Source: Candidatus Omnitrophota bacterium (lineage in GTDB: Bacteria; Omnitrophota; Gorgyraeia; Gygaellales; JAHJCI01). From it: a stretch of 64,000 bases of DNA. The notes under the pieces are model-generated. The model had not been told where the DNA came from and made no database searches. It saw nothing but the letters and a program-made list of their open reading frames with translations. The stretch is taken from contig JBDRMR010000001.1 in NCBI GenBank assembly GCA_043812035.1, positions 58 to 64,057 on the forward strand, written 5' to 3'. This document shows, piece by piece, positions 20,053 to 29,584 of this stretch. Both the position numbers and the translations under genes were made by a program. Within the stretch, counting starts at the first letter, position 1; each line of letters starts with the position of its first letter.

Positions 20053-21150
20053 CTACAGCCTCTCTACAAGCTTATCTATATCGACGTTTTCTTTTACTAA
20101 CTTCTGCACCGCCTCTATCTTCTCTTTATCCTGAGGTCTTATTTTTATCATCAGGTCATGGATGCGCGAGGCGACGCTATAGGTGTCCAGCTTGGCCAGG
20201 AGAACGGGTATCTTCGCCTGCTCTAACAGGTCCATAATCTTCTTGTGGGGCACAATGTTTCCGGTCAGGATAATCCCGGAGATATTAATATGGTCGGCGG
20301 AATTTCTAAAACAACAGCCAAGAAAAGCCAGAATCATATCTTCGCGGTCACCAGGCGTAATAAGGAGTGCTCCGTCAACAAAGTAATTTATGGCGTTGTG
20401 CGGCTGCATCGCCCCGACGACTATCTTCTTGACTAAATTATTCAGGCTTTCTTTGCCGCATAGCAATTGATAGTCGGTCTCCTCCAATATTTGCTCAATC
20501 GTCGGGCAGGACAACAGGGGTAGATAAGGCATGACTCCCAGGACCTCGATGCCTTTGCGCCCCAGCCCCTTCCTTACCAGTTTATTTACCTTGGAGAATT
20601 TTTCGGGCAAAACCTTGTTGATGACTACGCCGAGCAGCTCTATCCCTTCTTTTTCAAAAAGCGTCTTATTGAGAATAATTTCGTCGATAGGCCGGCCGAT
20701 ACCTCCTGAGGAAATGAGCAGAACTTTCGAATCTAACAATTTCGCCACGAAGGCATTGGAGTGGTCGAACACCGAACCGACCGCAGCGTGTCCGGTCCCC
20801 TCGATAATCATCAGTTCTTTATCCTGGGCTATTCGCGAAAAGGATTCTTTTATCTGACCTGTCAGCCTCTTGCTGTCGGGGTTAAGAATATATTTTTCTG
20901 TAAACCCGCGCTCCACGGCAATGGGGCTCATATCTTTAAGAACGTATCTTATGCCCAATGACTCAAAAAGCCTCTCTATCAGAACAGAATCCTCGTCTAC
21001 CTTTTCGCCTTCTTCCATAAGGTAGCGCTGGCCTATCGGTTTAATAAACCCGATTTTCTTAAACTTCTCCCTGAGATTAAAAATCAAACCCAGCGCAAGC
21101 GTAGTCTTGCCGTCATTTTGCTCTGTCGCGGCTATGAACAACTTTTTCAT
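20053..21150 (-). CDS. P-loop (CobQ/BioD-like) plus DRTGG domain protein, resembling the N-terminal domain of phosphotransacetylase
   Basis: 365 aa. MKKLFIAATEQNDGKTTLALGL P-loop. C-terminal ITPGDREDMILA resembles a DRTGG motif. No Pta catalytic domain. Confidence 0.5.
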   Translation of the reverse strand: MKKLFIAATEQNDGKTTLALGLIFNLREKFKKIGFIKPIGQRYLMEEGEKVDEDSVLIERLFESLGIRYVLKDMSPIAVERGFTEKYILNPDSKRLTGQIKESFSRIAQDKELMIIEGTGHAAVGSVFDHSNAFVAKLLDSKVLLISSGGIGRPIDEIILNKTLFEKEGIELLGVVINKVLPEKFSKVNKLVRKGLGRKGIEVLGVMPYLPLLSCPTIEQILEETDYQLLCGKESLNNLVKKIVVGAMQPHNAINYFVDGALLITPGDREDMILAFLGCCFRNSADHINISGIILTGNIVPHKKIMDLLEQAKIPVLLAKLDTYSVASRIHDLMIKIRPQDKEKIEAVQKLVKENVDIDKLVERL

Positions 21151-21583
21151 CGCTCTCCTGTAAAATAATCGCTCCGGTCAGGCAGGCCTTGACGCATGCC
21201 GGCCCAACCTCATCTTTGCATTTGTCGCAGCGTATGGGAATCTTGGTTTTTAGGTTTGGCCTGATTGCCCCGTAGGGACAGACCATCACGCACATCCAGC
21301 AGCCCACGCACCGGCTTTCTTCATGCAAAACCGTTTGGCTATGTCCGTCGTAAGTCAATGCGCCCGCCATGCAAGCATCAACGCAGGGGTGCTCCTGGCA
21401 ATGGCGGCAGGAAACGGGAAAATTTTTGTCTTTTGTTCTGTAAACCTTCTTCCGCGGCAGGGACAATATCTCTTCCTTAAGCGCCTTGAGCAAATTTTTG
21501 CTTTGCGAGTGGACCACGGCGCAGACAATCTCGCAAGATTTGCAACCGAGACATTTTTTAATATCGTAAAGGAGTTTATTCAT
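21113..21583 (-). CDS. cooF: 4Fe-4S ferredoxin-type iron-sulfur protein (CooF-like)
   Basis: 156 aa with four CxxCxxCxxxC(P) clusters. Lies immediately downstream of cooS. Confidence 0.75.
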   Translation of the reverse strand: MNKLLYDIKKCLGCKSCEIVCAVVHSQSKNLLKALKEEILSLPRKKVYRTKDKNFPVSCRHCQEHPCVDACMAGALTYDGHSQTVLHEESRCVGCWMCVMVCPYGAIRPNLKTKIPIRCDKCKDEVGPACVKACLTGAIILQESDEKVVHSRDRAK

Positions 21584-23498
21584 ACATCACGGGGCTAAGC
21601 TTCAGCGCTTTCCTTTTCTCATCAATGTGCTCAATCATGAGCTTAGCCATTTCCTTAGGGTCGCCGCAGAAAGCAAACTTTCCCGCTACCTGTTCCTCTA
21701 AACCCCCGCATAGATAATCGGTCAAATTTGGACTCCCTAAAGTGGGAAAGGGATTTGCGCCAAATACGGTAAAAACCCCGCTGGCCACAAAATACATACC
21801 GATGGTAATCGCTTTCTCGGACATCCATTCGGGCGCAGCTCCGGCTGCAGGGATATCGGACAAATCCTCACCCAAGCCGCCCTGCGCAATTATCTGGGAA
21901 GCGGCGGTTAGAATCCTGCTATTGTCAACACAGGAGCCTAAATGCAGAACCGGAGGAATACCCACGGCTTCGCAGATTTCCTGCAAGCCCCTGCCCGCAA
22001 ACTCCCTGGCGGCTTCGGGGACTAAGAGTCCCTGCTTTGCGCAGGCAATTGCTGAACAACCGGTCTGCAGCACTAAAACATCCTTTTTAATTAACTCTTT
22101 AACCAATGCGGTGTGAAAATAATCGTGGGTCTGCTTGGGGTTGTTGCACCCCACCACGCCTGCTACTCCCCGCAGCCGGCCCTGAATAATCGCGTCATTC
22201 AAGGGCTGATAAGTCGCTCTGTATCTTCCGCCCAGAATCTGAAACACGACCTCTTTGGTAAACCCAGCAATCAAATCCATCTCTTGTTTGGGAATACCAA
22301 CCCGCTCTTTGTTTCTGTTAGAAAAGTTTTCAATCCCTATCTTTATAATCTTCTTGGCGACTTCATAAGCATCTTTTGTCTGAAACTCTATATGCTCGAC
22401 TCCGGGAAACTTTGCCTTAGTGCTGGTGGTGACCAGCCTGGTATGAAAACAACTGGCAACCTCCTGTAATGCCGGCATAATGCATTGCACATCCACCATC
22501 ATCACCTCAACCGCGCCTGTAACGATGGCTAATTCCTGCTGCAGGAAATTTCCTGCCACCGCTATGCCGTGACGCATCAATACCTCATTTGCCGTGCAGC
22601 AGATTCCAGCCAGGTTTATGCCCTTGGCGCCTTTGGCCTGAGCCAGCTTTAACAACTCCGGATCCTGACTTGCCTTAACCGCCATCTCGGACAATACCGG
22701 CTCATGTCCGTGGACGACAATGTTAACGCTATCTTCTTTCAATACGCCCAGATTGACCTTTCCGCGAATGGGCTGCGGCGAGCCCAGGATTATGTCCTGC
22801 AGGTCCGTCGCCACCATTGAGCCGCCCCAACCGTCGGACAAGGCGCAACGCAAGCTGTTCTTTATTATATTCCTGTAATCGTTGTCTACGCCCATGGTCG
22901 TAGTGTGCAACAATTCCACAACCTCCCTGTCAATGCCCCGCGGGACAATACCCAGCTTCCTCCAGATATCCTGCCTTTTCTTTGGCGCCCGCTTTATAAA
23001 GCTGAGCTCGCCCTCCTGCTTTCCAAACTCATCCAATATCTTTCTGGCCAGCTCTTTGGCTATAACTTCCTGGGGTTTGTTTGTATCTATGGAGAACTCT
23101 GCGGCCAATTCCTTTAGTTTTTTGATATCCGAAATCCCGTAGTCATGGGCTTTGCCTTCGGCTAACAACAATAACGTATGGGCCACGTCTCTGCCGTGGT
23201 CGGAATGGGCTGAAGCGCCCACTGCAACCTTGCGGCCGAGGTTTCGGGCGGCGATTGTATCCGCATTGGCTCCGCAAACACCTGCTTGCGGCCCTTCGCC
23301 AAACGGGTCAATCCTGCAAGGCCCCATATCGCAGACGGTACAACACAACCCCAGTTGGCCGAAACCGCACTGCGGCTGCTGCTGCTCTAACCTCTCCCAG
23401 GCGGTGCGGACATTCTCCTCCTGCGCTTTCTTTAATGCCTCTTGCGTAGCTAAGTCTATAGATTTTGATTTTATATCTCCCATTAATGACCTCCGCAA
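21576..23498 (-). CDS. cooS: anaerobic carbon-monoxide dehydrogenase catalytic subunit (CooS/AcsA)
   Basis: 640 aa. N-terminal B/D-cluster motif CGFGQLGLCCTVCDMGPCRI. Full-length Ni-CODH similarity. Confidence 0.9.
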   Translation of the reverse strand: MRRSLMGDIKSKSIDLATQEALKKAQEENVRTAWERLEQQQPQCGFGQLGLCCTVCDMGPCRIDPFGEGPQAGVCGANADTIAARNLGRKVAVGASAHSDHGRDVAHTLLLLAEGKAHDYGISDIKKLKELAAEFSIDTNKPQEVIAKELARKILDEFGKQEGELSFIKRAPKKRQDIWRKLGIVPRGIDREVVELLHTTTMGVDNDYRNIIKNSLRCALSDGWGGSMVATDLQDIILGSPQPIRGKVNLGVLKEDSVNIVVHGHEPVLSEMAVKASQDPELLKLAQAKGAKGINLAGICCTANEVLMRHGIAVAGNFLQQELAIVTGAVEVMMVDVQCIMPALQEVASCFHTRLVTTSTKAKFPGVEHIEFQTKDAYEVAKKIIKIGIENFSNRNKERVGIPKQEMDLIAGFTKEVVFQILGGRYRATYQPLNDAIIQGRLRGVAGVVGCNNPKQTHDYFHTALVKELIKKDVLVLQTGCSAIACAKQGLLVPEAAREFAGRGLQEICEAVGIPPVLHLGSCVDNSRILTAASQIIAQGGLGEDLSDIPAAGAAPEWMSEKAITIGMYFVASGVFTVFGANPFPTLGSPNLTDYLCGGLEEQVAGKFAFCGDPKEMAKLMIEHIDEKRKALKLSPVMYE

Positions 23499-23522
23499 AT
23501 AATAAATGACGAAATAAGCTAT

Positions 23523-24398
23523 CTACAGTCCAGCTGCATCCAGAACCAGCGGAACCTTCTTATCCCAGCCAATCGGCATAATATGAATGCCCTGACACAC
23601 CGGCTTAAGTTGCTTGATAAGCCGAGCGGCTATCTCAACCGATTTCTTTGACCTGTCTTGTTTTGCTGCCGAGTTCATTTCATCGATTAAATCCTGCGGG
23701 ACGGTAACTCCGGCTACGTTTTCGTTCATGTATTTTGCCATCCCCGCGGATTTTAACAAAACGATACCGGCGAGTATCGTAGTCTTCAAATGCTTAATCC
23801 TGGACAGAAAATTTTCATAGACCTTTATGTCATATACCGCCTGAGTCTGAAAAAACTCAGCACCTTGCTCGATTTTCTTCTCCATCTTGATAATCTGAGG
23901 CTCTATTGGGTCTGCTCCGGGATTTACCACTGCTCCGACGCAAAATTTAGGCGGCTCGCCCTCAAGATTATTGCCTGCCATGTCAAAACCTTCCTGGAGT
24001 TTCTCTACCACGCCCAATAACTGCACGGAATCCAAATCGAACACCGGCTTTGCCTGAGGGTGGTCTCCCATAGTCGTATGGTCGCCGGTTAAGACTAAAA
24101 TATTCTCGATGCCCAGACTTGCAGCGGATAGAATGTCCGACTGCAGAGCCAGGCGATTGCGGTCCCGGCAGGTTATCTGGAATATCGGCTCAAATCCTCT
24201 CTGCTTCAGGAGTGCGCACACCGCCAATGAACCCAATCTCATCACCGAACTCTGCAGGTCCGTGACGTTTATTGCGTCAACCCTGCCGCGAATGAGCTCT
24301 GCGTCCTCCAAAATCACCTTGGTCTCAATCCCCTTCGGAGGCCCTATCTCAGAGGTCACCAGAAATTTTCCTGCCCGAATCTTTTCCTTAAAACTCAT
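23523..24398 (-). CDS. metF: 5,10-methylenetetrahydrofolate reductase
   Basis: 291 aa MTHFR TIM-barrel (FLVTSEIGPPKG...). Sits within the folate-branch cluster. Confidence 0.85.
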   Translation of the reverse strand: MSFKEKIRAGKFLVTSEIGPPKGIETKVILEDAELIRGRVDAINVTDLQSSVMRLGSLAVCALLKQRGFEPIFQITCRDRNRLALQSDILSAASLGIENILVLTGDHTTMGDHPQAKPVFDLDSVQLLGVVEKLQEGFDMAGNNLEGEPPKFCVGAVVNPGADPIEPQIIKMEKKIEQGAEFFQTQAVYDIKVYENFLSRIKHLKTTILAGIVLLKSAGMAKYMNENVAGVTVPQDLIDEMNSAAKQDRSKKSVEIAARLIKQLKPVCQGIHIMPIGWDKKVPLVLDAAGL

Positions 24399-24411
24399 CT
24401 CTTCTCCATGC

Positions 24412-24921
24412 CTATCCCACCAACCTGGCGACTAAATGACCAATACCATGCGAAATAACAATAACAAATAAAGCCAGTAAAACATGCTCAGAGATAAGTA
24501 TTACTGAGTTTTCCTGTTTTACCCTGGCAATAGCAAAGTTAAGAAAAACTAGTAGTAATATTCCCCAAGCAATGGCAACGAAGACGGCATTTCTTAAAGG
24601 AAGAATCAAAAAGGGGACAGCAAAAGTTAAAGTAAAAGTAAGTTTAGAAATAAAAGTAAAGATGGTAGCTGCCCAAATTTCCTTTTGAGTATGCTTAGCG
24701 GTTCCCTTTTCAAGCTCTGATTCCTCAGATATATGCACGCCTGCTGCATCGGATAAACCATCAGCTATTGCCAGAATTATGACGCTGGCAATAACCACTA
24801 ATCGTGAAGAGGTGGCTGAATTCAAACCCACAATCATCCCCAGAGAAGTAATTACCCCAGAGGTCATACCGAAAGAAACTCCTGTCATTAACTGATGAAA
24901 ATATTTTTTAATCATCCACAA
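24412..24921 (-). CDS. small integral membrane protein, VIT1/CCC1-like (DUF125) candidate
   Basis: 169 aa with about 5 predicted TM segments. The AIADGLSDAAG motif resembles the VIT family. Homology not verified. Confidence 0.4.
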   Translation of the reverse strand: MWMIKKYFHQLMTGVSFGMTSGVITSLGMIVGLNSATSSRLVVIASVIILAIADGLSDAAGVHISEESELEKGTAKHTQKEIWAATIFTFISKLTFTLTFAVPFLILPLRNAVFVAIAWGILLLVFLNFAIARVKQENSVILISEHVLLALFVIVISHGIGHLVARLVG

Positions 24922-24929
24922 ATACCTGT

Positions 24930-25769
24930 CTATGCTTGCAGCTTGGTTGCCTCAACTACATTACACATCAACATTATTACGGTAAGTGGACCTACCCCAC
25001 CAGGAACAGGCGTAATCCAAGAGGCGCGCTTTACTGCTTGGTCAAACTCCACATCTCCCACAATCTTATCACCAACCCGATTTATGCCTACATCAACAAC
25101 CACTGCCCCCTGTTTAATCCATGCACCCTTAATTAATCCTGCTTTTCCCACAGCCACAACCAAAATCTCAGCGCTCTTTACATGCTCTTCTAACTTGCCC
25201 GCCTGGGATGTTCCGATATGGCAGACTGTGACTGTAGCAAATTTCTCAAGAAGAAGAAGCGATAAGGGTTTACCCACAATCTCACTGTGTCCGACAATTA
25301 CCACCTCTTTTCCATATAAATCAACTCCCGTCTGTTTTAACAATTCCATCACTGCCGCTGGGGTGCAAGGCAAAATCCTTGCTTTACCAAACGTGATTTT
25401 GCCCATATTCATCGGATGCATTCCCTCTGCATCTTTCTCGGGCAGAATAAAGTTGCTCATCTTTTTATAATCGATTTGTGCCGGCAGTGGCATTTGCAGT
25501 ATTATTCCATTTACGCCCTTATCCTGGTTTAATCTCTGTATAAAATCTATCAGCTCTTGCTCTTTTGTTTCCTGATTTAATTTGTGGAACTGATAGTCTA
25601 TACCCAAATTCTCTGCGGTTTTCTTCTGCGACTTTGCATAAGACTCAGCCCCAGCGTTCTCTCCTACCTGAATGCTAATCAATACCGGCTTTATCTTCAA
25701 TTCCTGAATTCTCTTCTTTAACTCTTCCTTAATTCTATTAGCAATCGGTTTACCCTCTAATAATTTCAT
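24930..25769 (-). CDS. folD: bifunctional methylene-THF dehydrogenase / methenyl-THF cyclohydrolase
   Basis: 279 aa. MKLLEGKPIANRIKEEL N-terminus. Conserved FolD core. Confidence 0.9.
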   Translation of the reverse strand: MKLLEGKPIANRIKEELKKRIQELKIKPVLISIQVGENAGAESYAKSQKKTAENLGIDYQFHKLNQETKEQELIDFIQRLNQDKGVNGIILQMPLPAQIDYKKMSNFILPEKDAEGMHPMNMGKITFGKARILPCTPAAVMELLKQTGVDLYGKEVVIVGHSEIVGKPLSLLLLEKFATVTVCHIGTSQAGKLEEHVKSAEILVVAVGKAGLIKGAWIKQGAVVVDVGINRVGDKIVGDVEFDQAVKRASWITPVPGGVGPLTVIMLMCNVVEATKLQA

Positions 25770-26310
25770 CTATCCTTTCCTCCAGATTATGACGCATTTT
25801 TATTATTGTACCCCTCTTTTTATCTAACTCTTTATTTATTTTATCTGCCCTTTTTTTATTGTTTAAATATTTCAGATTTATCCTTACATTAAATAAAGCG
25901 CTGGAAAATCCTGACTCAAGCAAAATAGCGGCAACCGCCACATCGCTAATCAAATTTATATTACCTTTTTTTAATAAGGTTGGGCATAGCCTTAAAACCT
26001 CAGAGCAAAGTCTGGCTATCTCTAGAGGAACTCTAAGCGATTTATTTATATCTTTACTCTTAAAAGCCAAGACATCTAAATCCACAAGTTGCAAAAACCT
26101 CTTTCTTGCTTTTTCTGTAACAGATAATACCCTGGCTAAATCTGCTCGATATTTTGCATATTTTGGTTTACCGAGGGTAAAATTAATAACCATACCAATT
26201 AAAGCTGCCCCCAGCGCTGCAGTCAATGCCGCTGCAGAACCTCCTCCCGGAGCAGGAAGCTTTGCCGCCAGGTCATCCAGATATTTCTTAAGAGATTTAT
26301 TGTAATACAT
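25750..26310 (-). CDS. fchA: formiminotransferase-cyclodeaminase C-domain family protein (methenyl-THF cyclohydrolase FchA-like)
   Basis: 186 aa. LPAPGGGSAAALTAALGAAL signature of the cyclodeaminase/cyclohydrolase family. Located between fhs and folD as in acetogens. Confidence 0.7.
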   Translation of the reverse strand: MYYNKSLKKYLDDLAAKLPAPGGGSAAALTAALGAALIGMVINFTLGKPKYAKYRADLARVLSVTEKARKRFLQLVDLDVLAFKSKDINKSLRVPLEIARLCSEVLRLCPTLLKKGNINLISDVAVAAILLESGFSSALFNVRINLKYLNNKKRADKINKELDKKRGTIIKMRHNLEERIDEIIRG

Positions 26311-26317
26311 AAATTTT

Positions 26318-26385
26318 TAGCGTGCAGCGGATAGCGTACAGCGTTTAGTATTTCCTATACGCTATACGCTATACGCTCTACGCTA
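26318..26385. repeat. heptamer-based palindromic intergenic element (family B, copy 3); overlaps the fhs stop codon
   Basis: tagcgtgcagcggatagcgtacagcgtttagta-tttcc-tatacgctatacgctatacgctctacgcta. The final cta at 26383-26385 is the fhs TAG stop. Confidence 0.7.
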
Positions 26386-28089
26386 AAATAAGCCTGTAAT
26401 CTTTCCGTTTTCGTCAATATCAATCTTCTCTCCGGCAGGATGACTGGGCAAACCGGGCATTGTCCGCATTGACCCGCATAATAAATACAAGAATCCCGCT
26501 CCAACCGAGGCGCGTATATCCCGGATGGGTAAAGTAAACCCTTGAGGACGTCCTTTTATTTTAGGGTCGTGCGAAAGGGAAAGGTGGGTCTTGGCCATAC
26601 ATATAGGCAGTTTATCGTAACCAAACTTCGTATAAAGCCTTATCTTAGCACGAGCGGCTTCTTCATAACGAACAGCTCCTGCGCCATAAATCTTCTTGGC
26701 AATTGTCTCAACCTTTTTTTTGATTGGCCAATTAAGCGAATAGAGAAATTTAAAACTGGATTTCTTCTCGGCAGCGCGCACAACTGCCTTAGCCAGCTCC
26801 TCCCCGCCCTTAGAGCCTCTTGCCCAAACCTCACTGAGAACTGCATCTTCTGCGCCTGCCTCAATGGCCTTTTTACGAATCAGCTCTATCTCTCTTTTTG
26901 TATCGGTAGTGAATTTATTTATCGCCACCACCACAGGCACGCCAAATAGCTTCATATTTTCTATTTGCTTCTCTAGATTAGAACACCCTTGCTCCAGAGC
27001 CTCCAGATTTTCCTGCAGGAGCCTCCGGTCAAGCGGTTTACCAGCAACAACAGTAAACTTGCCCGAATGCATCTTCAGCGCCCGAACAGTGCAAACCAAA
27101 ACCACACAATCAGGCCGAAGGCCGCTTATCCGGCACTTTATGTTAAAGAACTTCTCTGCCCCACAGTCAGCGCCGAAGCCAGACTCAGTAACAACGTACT
27201 CCGAAAGCTTCAAAGCGATTTTATCAGCAAGGATGGAGCTGTTACCGTGGGCGATATTGGCAAATGGACCGGCATGGACAAAACAGGGAGTGTTCTCGAT
27301 AGTCTGCAGCAAATTGGGTTTAAGCGCATCTTTAAGCAAAACCGTCATTGCGCCAGCTACCTTGATATCCTCGGCAGTAACGGGTCTACCGTCTTTTGTG
27401 GTAGCTAACACGATACGGCCAAGGCGCTTACGCAAATCCTCCAGCCCATTGGTCAGGGCAAGTATAGCCATTACCTCGCTGGCCACGGTTATATCAAATC
27501 CGGAATCCCGCGGGAAACCATCCTCTGATCCGCCTAAACCGATCTTTATATTACGCAAAAACCTGTCCGAGACATCAACTACGCGGCGCCAGATTATCGA
27601 GGAGGGGTCTATATTGAGTGGATTTCCCTTTAGGATAGAATTGTCCAAAAATGCCGCGCAGAGATTATGTGCCAGGCCTACTGCATGGACATCGCCGGTA
27701 AGATGCAGGTTGAAATCCTCCATTGGAACGACCTGAGAATAACCTCCACCGGCCGCACCCCCTTTTATCCCGAATACAGGACCCAGTGAGGGCTGACGGA
27801 TACAAACAGTAGTTTGCTTGCCGATCCGGTTCAAAGACATAGCCAGACCAATAGTGGTAACCGTCTTTCCTTCGCCCAAGGGAGTGGGTGTTATTGCGGT
27901 TACATCGATATACTTGTTATTCTTCCTGTCCTTTAAACGTTTTAAAGTTAACAAAGATACCTTTGCCTTATAGTCTCCATAAAGATAGAGTTCTTTCTGC
28001 TTAAGCCCTAAGCTCTTGGCAATTGTCTTTATGGGCACCAAACGTGCGCGTCTGGCGATCTCTAAATCAGTCAGCATTACTACCTCCAC
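26383..28089 (-). CDS. fhs: formate--tetrahydrofolate ligase
   Basis: 568 aa. [16 protein letters not shown]-loop of FTHFS. Confidence 0.95.
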   Translation of the reverse strand: MEVVMLTDLEIARRARLVPIKTIAKSLGLKQKELYLYGDYKAKVSLLTLKRLKDRKNNKYIDVTAITPTPLGEGKTVTTIGLAMSLNRIGKQTTVCIRQPSLGPVFGIKGGAAGGGYSQVVPMEDFNLHLTGDVHAVGLAHNLCAAFLDNSILKGNPLNIDPSSIIWRRVVDVSDRFLRNIKIGLGGSEDGFPRDSGFDITVASEVMAILALTNGLEDLRKRLGRIVLATTKDGRPVTAEDIKVAGAMTVLLKDALKPNLLQTIENTPCFVHAGPFANIAHGNSSILADKIALKLSEYVVTESGFGADCGAEKFFNIKCRISGLRPDCVVLVCTVRALKMHSGKFTVVAGKPLDRRLLQENLEALEQGCSNLEKQIENMKLFGVPVVVAINKFTTDTKREIELIRKKAIEAGAEDAVLSEVWARGSKGGEELAKAVVRAAEKKSSFKFLYSLNWPIKKKVETIAKKIYGAGAVRYEEAARAKIRLYTKFGYDKLPICMAKTHLSLSHDPKIKGRPQGFTLPIRDIRASVGAGFLYLLCGSMRTMPGLPSHPAGEKIDIDENGKITGLF

Positions 28090-28110
28090 AGTTTCTAAAT
28101 TTTGTTATTT

Positions 28111-28527
28111 TTAATAAAGGTAACGATAATCCAACTCAAACGCATTTCTGAACAGCTCTATCTTGGGTTGTAAATCCTCGTGAGAAATCGAAATCACATC
28201 AAAGCGCGCGGGCGAATCCAAGAGTCCTTTTTGTTTAAGAAACATTAGCGCAACTTGCGAAATTTTCCTTTGTTTGAAAAAATCTACTGCCTCGGCAGGC
28301 CGGCCGAATCGAGCAGACTTGCGCGTTTTTACCTCAATGAAGCAAACAGTCTCTTTATCTTTTGCTACAATATCTATCTGTCCTAATCTGGTGCGGTAAT
28401 TAACAGCGACAATGCGATAGCCCTTATCCCTAAGGAAATCAACTGCAATCCGTTCACCCTTCTGACCTAATTCCGACTGCGCTTTAGACATAAGAGAATG
28501 ACAGGCGATGAGCAGGGCATGGGCCAA
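28111..28527 (-). CDS. yraN: YraN family (UPF0102) endonuclease-like protein
   Basis: 138 aa. Conserved D...EVK core (QIDIVAKDKETVCFIEVKTRK). Typical rnhB-yraN pairing. Confidence 0.8.
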   Translation of the reverse strand: MAHALLIACHSLMSKAQSELGQKGERIAVDFLRDKGYRIVAVNYRTRLGQIDIVAKDKETVCFIEVKTRKSARFGRPAEAVDFFKQRKISQVALMFLKQKGLLDSPARFDVISISHEDLQPKIELFRNAFELDYRYLY

Positions 28528-29086
28528 ACTGCCTCAAGGCGTCGCGGTGCAGAGACGTCGGATAGCCCTTGTGTTTCAGGAAGCCGTACCGAGGCCACAC
28601 CTTATCGTACAGCGACATCATCCGGTCGCGGCTGACTTTGGCTAAGATAGAGGCGCAAGCAATGGTCTTTGATATCGCATCTCCGTGAGGGATGCTGAAA
28701 ACCGGATAATCCGGAATCGTCAATCTTATATTACCGTCGACCAGGATGCAGGTTTTCTTATTTCTTAATTTGCTCAGGAGCGAGGAGACGGCGTTTTCCA
28801 TACAAATACGCGTGGCTACCAAAATGTTTAAAGCGTCTATCTTCTTCTCGTCGATTATGCCAAAGGCAAACACGGATTTCTGGATAATCTCCGAGAATGC
28901 TTCTTCTCTTTCTTTTGCGGTAAGTTTTTTAGAATCGTCGATGCGGGCCCTGAATCTGTAAGTATTGAGGCATACTGCTGCCGTAACCACCGGCCCTGCC
29001 AAGGGGCCGCGCCCCACTTCGTCCACTCCTATCACGGCATCAAAGCCCAGCCTGTTTAGTCTCCTTTCCAGTACGAAATCGGCCAT
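28484..29086 (-). CDS. rnhB: ribonuclease HII
   Basis: 200 aa. VIGVDEVGRGPLAGPVV active-site motif. Confidence 0.9.
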   Translation of the reverse strand: MADFVLERRLNRLGFDAVIGVDEVGRGPLAGPVVTAAVCLNTYRFRARIDDSKKLTAKEREEAFSEIIQKSVFAFGIIDEKKIDALNILVATRICMENAVSSLLSKLRNKKTCILVDGNIRLTIPDYPVFSIPHGDAISKTIACASILAKVSRDRMMSLYDKVWPRYGFLKHKGYPTSLHRDALRQFGPCPAHRLSFSYV

Positions 29087-29126
29087 AAGGAATTAAAAAA
29101 TAGTAGTGAGAATATTTCACGCTTTC

Positions 29127-29465
29127 TTAAATCCTGGTTGCGGCTTTGCCTACTCTCTGCCTCAGGTAGTAAATTTTTGCGCGGCGGGGTTTGCTGCGGC
29201 GGCGGCGCAAAATTTCTATCCTTTCTATCTTCGGCGAGTAAAGAGGAAAAACGCGCTCTACGCCTTCGCCGTAAGAAATTTTGCGCACGGTAAAGCTGCT
29301 TCTTATGCCCTTATCCTTTTTTGTAATGACTATCCCCTCAAAGGGATGGAAGCGAATTTTGTCCCCTTCCAGAATTTTGGTAATTACCTTTACCGTATCG
29401 CCGACGCTAAAATCGGGAATTTCTTTTTGTGTGTATGCCTGCTCAATGAGTTTTATCTTATCCAT
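29127..29465 (-). CDS. rplS: 50S ribosomal protein L19
   Basis: Start taken at MDKIKLIEQ with SD AGGAGG upstream (ATG 29463-29465). The track ORF is 5'-extended into the repeat element. Confidence 0.9.
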   Translation of the reverse strand: MDKIKLIEQAYTQKEIPDFSVGDTVKVITKILEGDKIRFHPFEGIVITKKDKGIRSSFTVRKISYGEGVERVFPLYSPKIERIEILRRRRSKPRRAKIYYLRQRVGKAATRI

Positions 29466-29485
29466 GATAAGCCTCCTGGAACACA

Positions 29486-29584
29486 TAGCGTTCGTTTTAG
29501 CGTTTAGCGGATAGCGTTTAGCGTATATAGGATTTAAAAAATGTTCTGTTTCCACTATACGCTATACGCTCTACGCTATACGCT
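29486..29584. repeat. heptamer-based palindromic intergenic element (family B, copy 4); 3' arm overlaps the last codons and stop of trmD
   Basis: tagcgttcgttttagcgtttagcggatagcgtttagcgtata...ctatacgctatacgctctacgctatacgctat. The trmD TAG stop is at 29576-29578. Confidence 0.7.

Noticed and set aside
20053-21583. Pseudogene or frameshift suspicion from the 38-nt overlap between the DRTGG protein and cooF, and the 8-nt overlap between cooF and cooS
   Set aside because: Both ORFs are full length with intact cysteine motifs. Short overlaps of this kind are common in translationally coupled operons.
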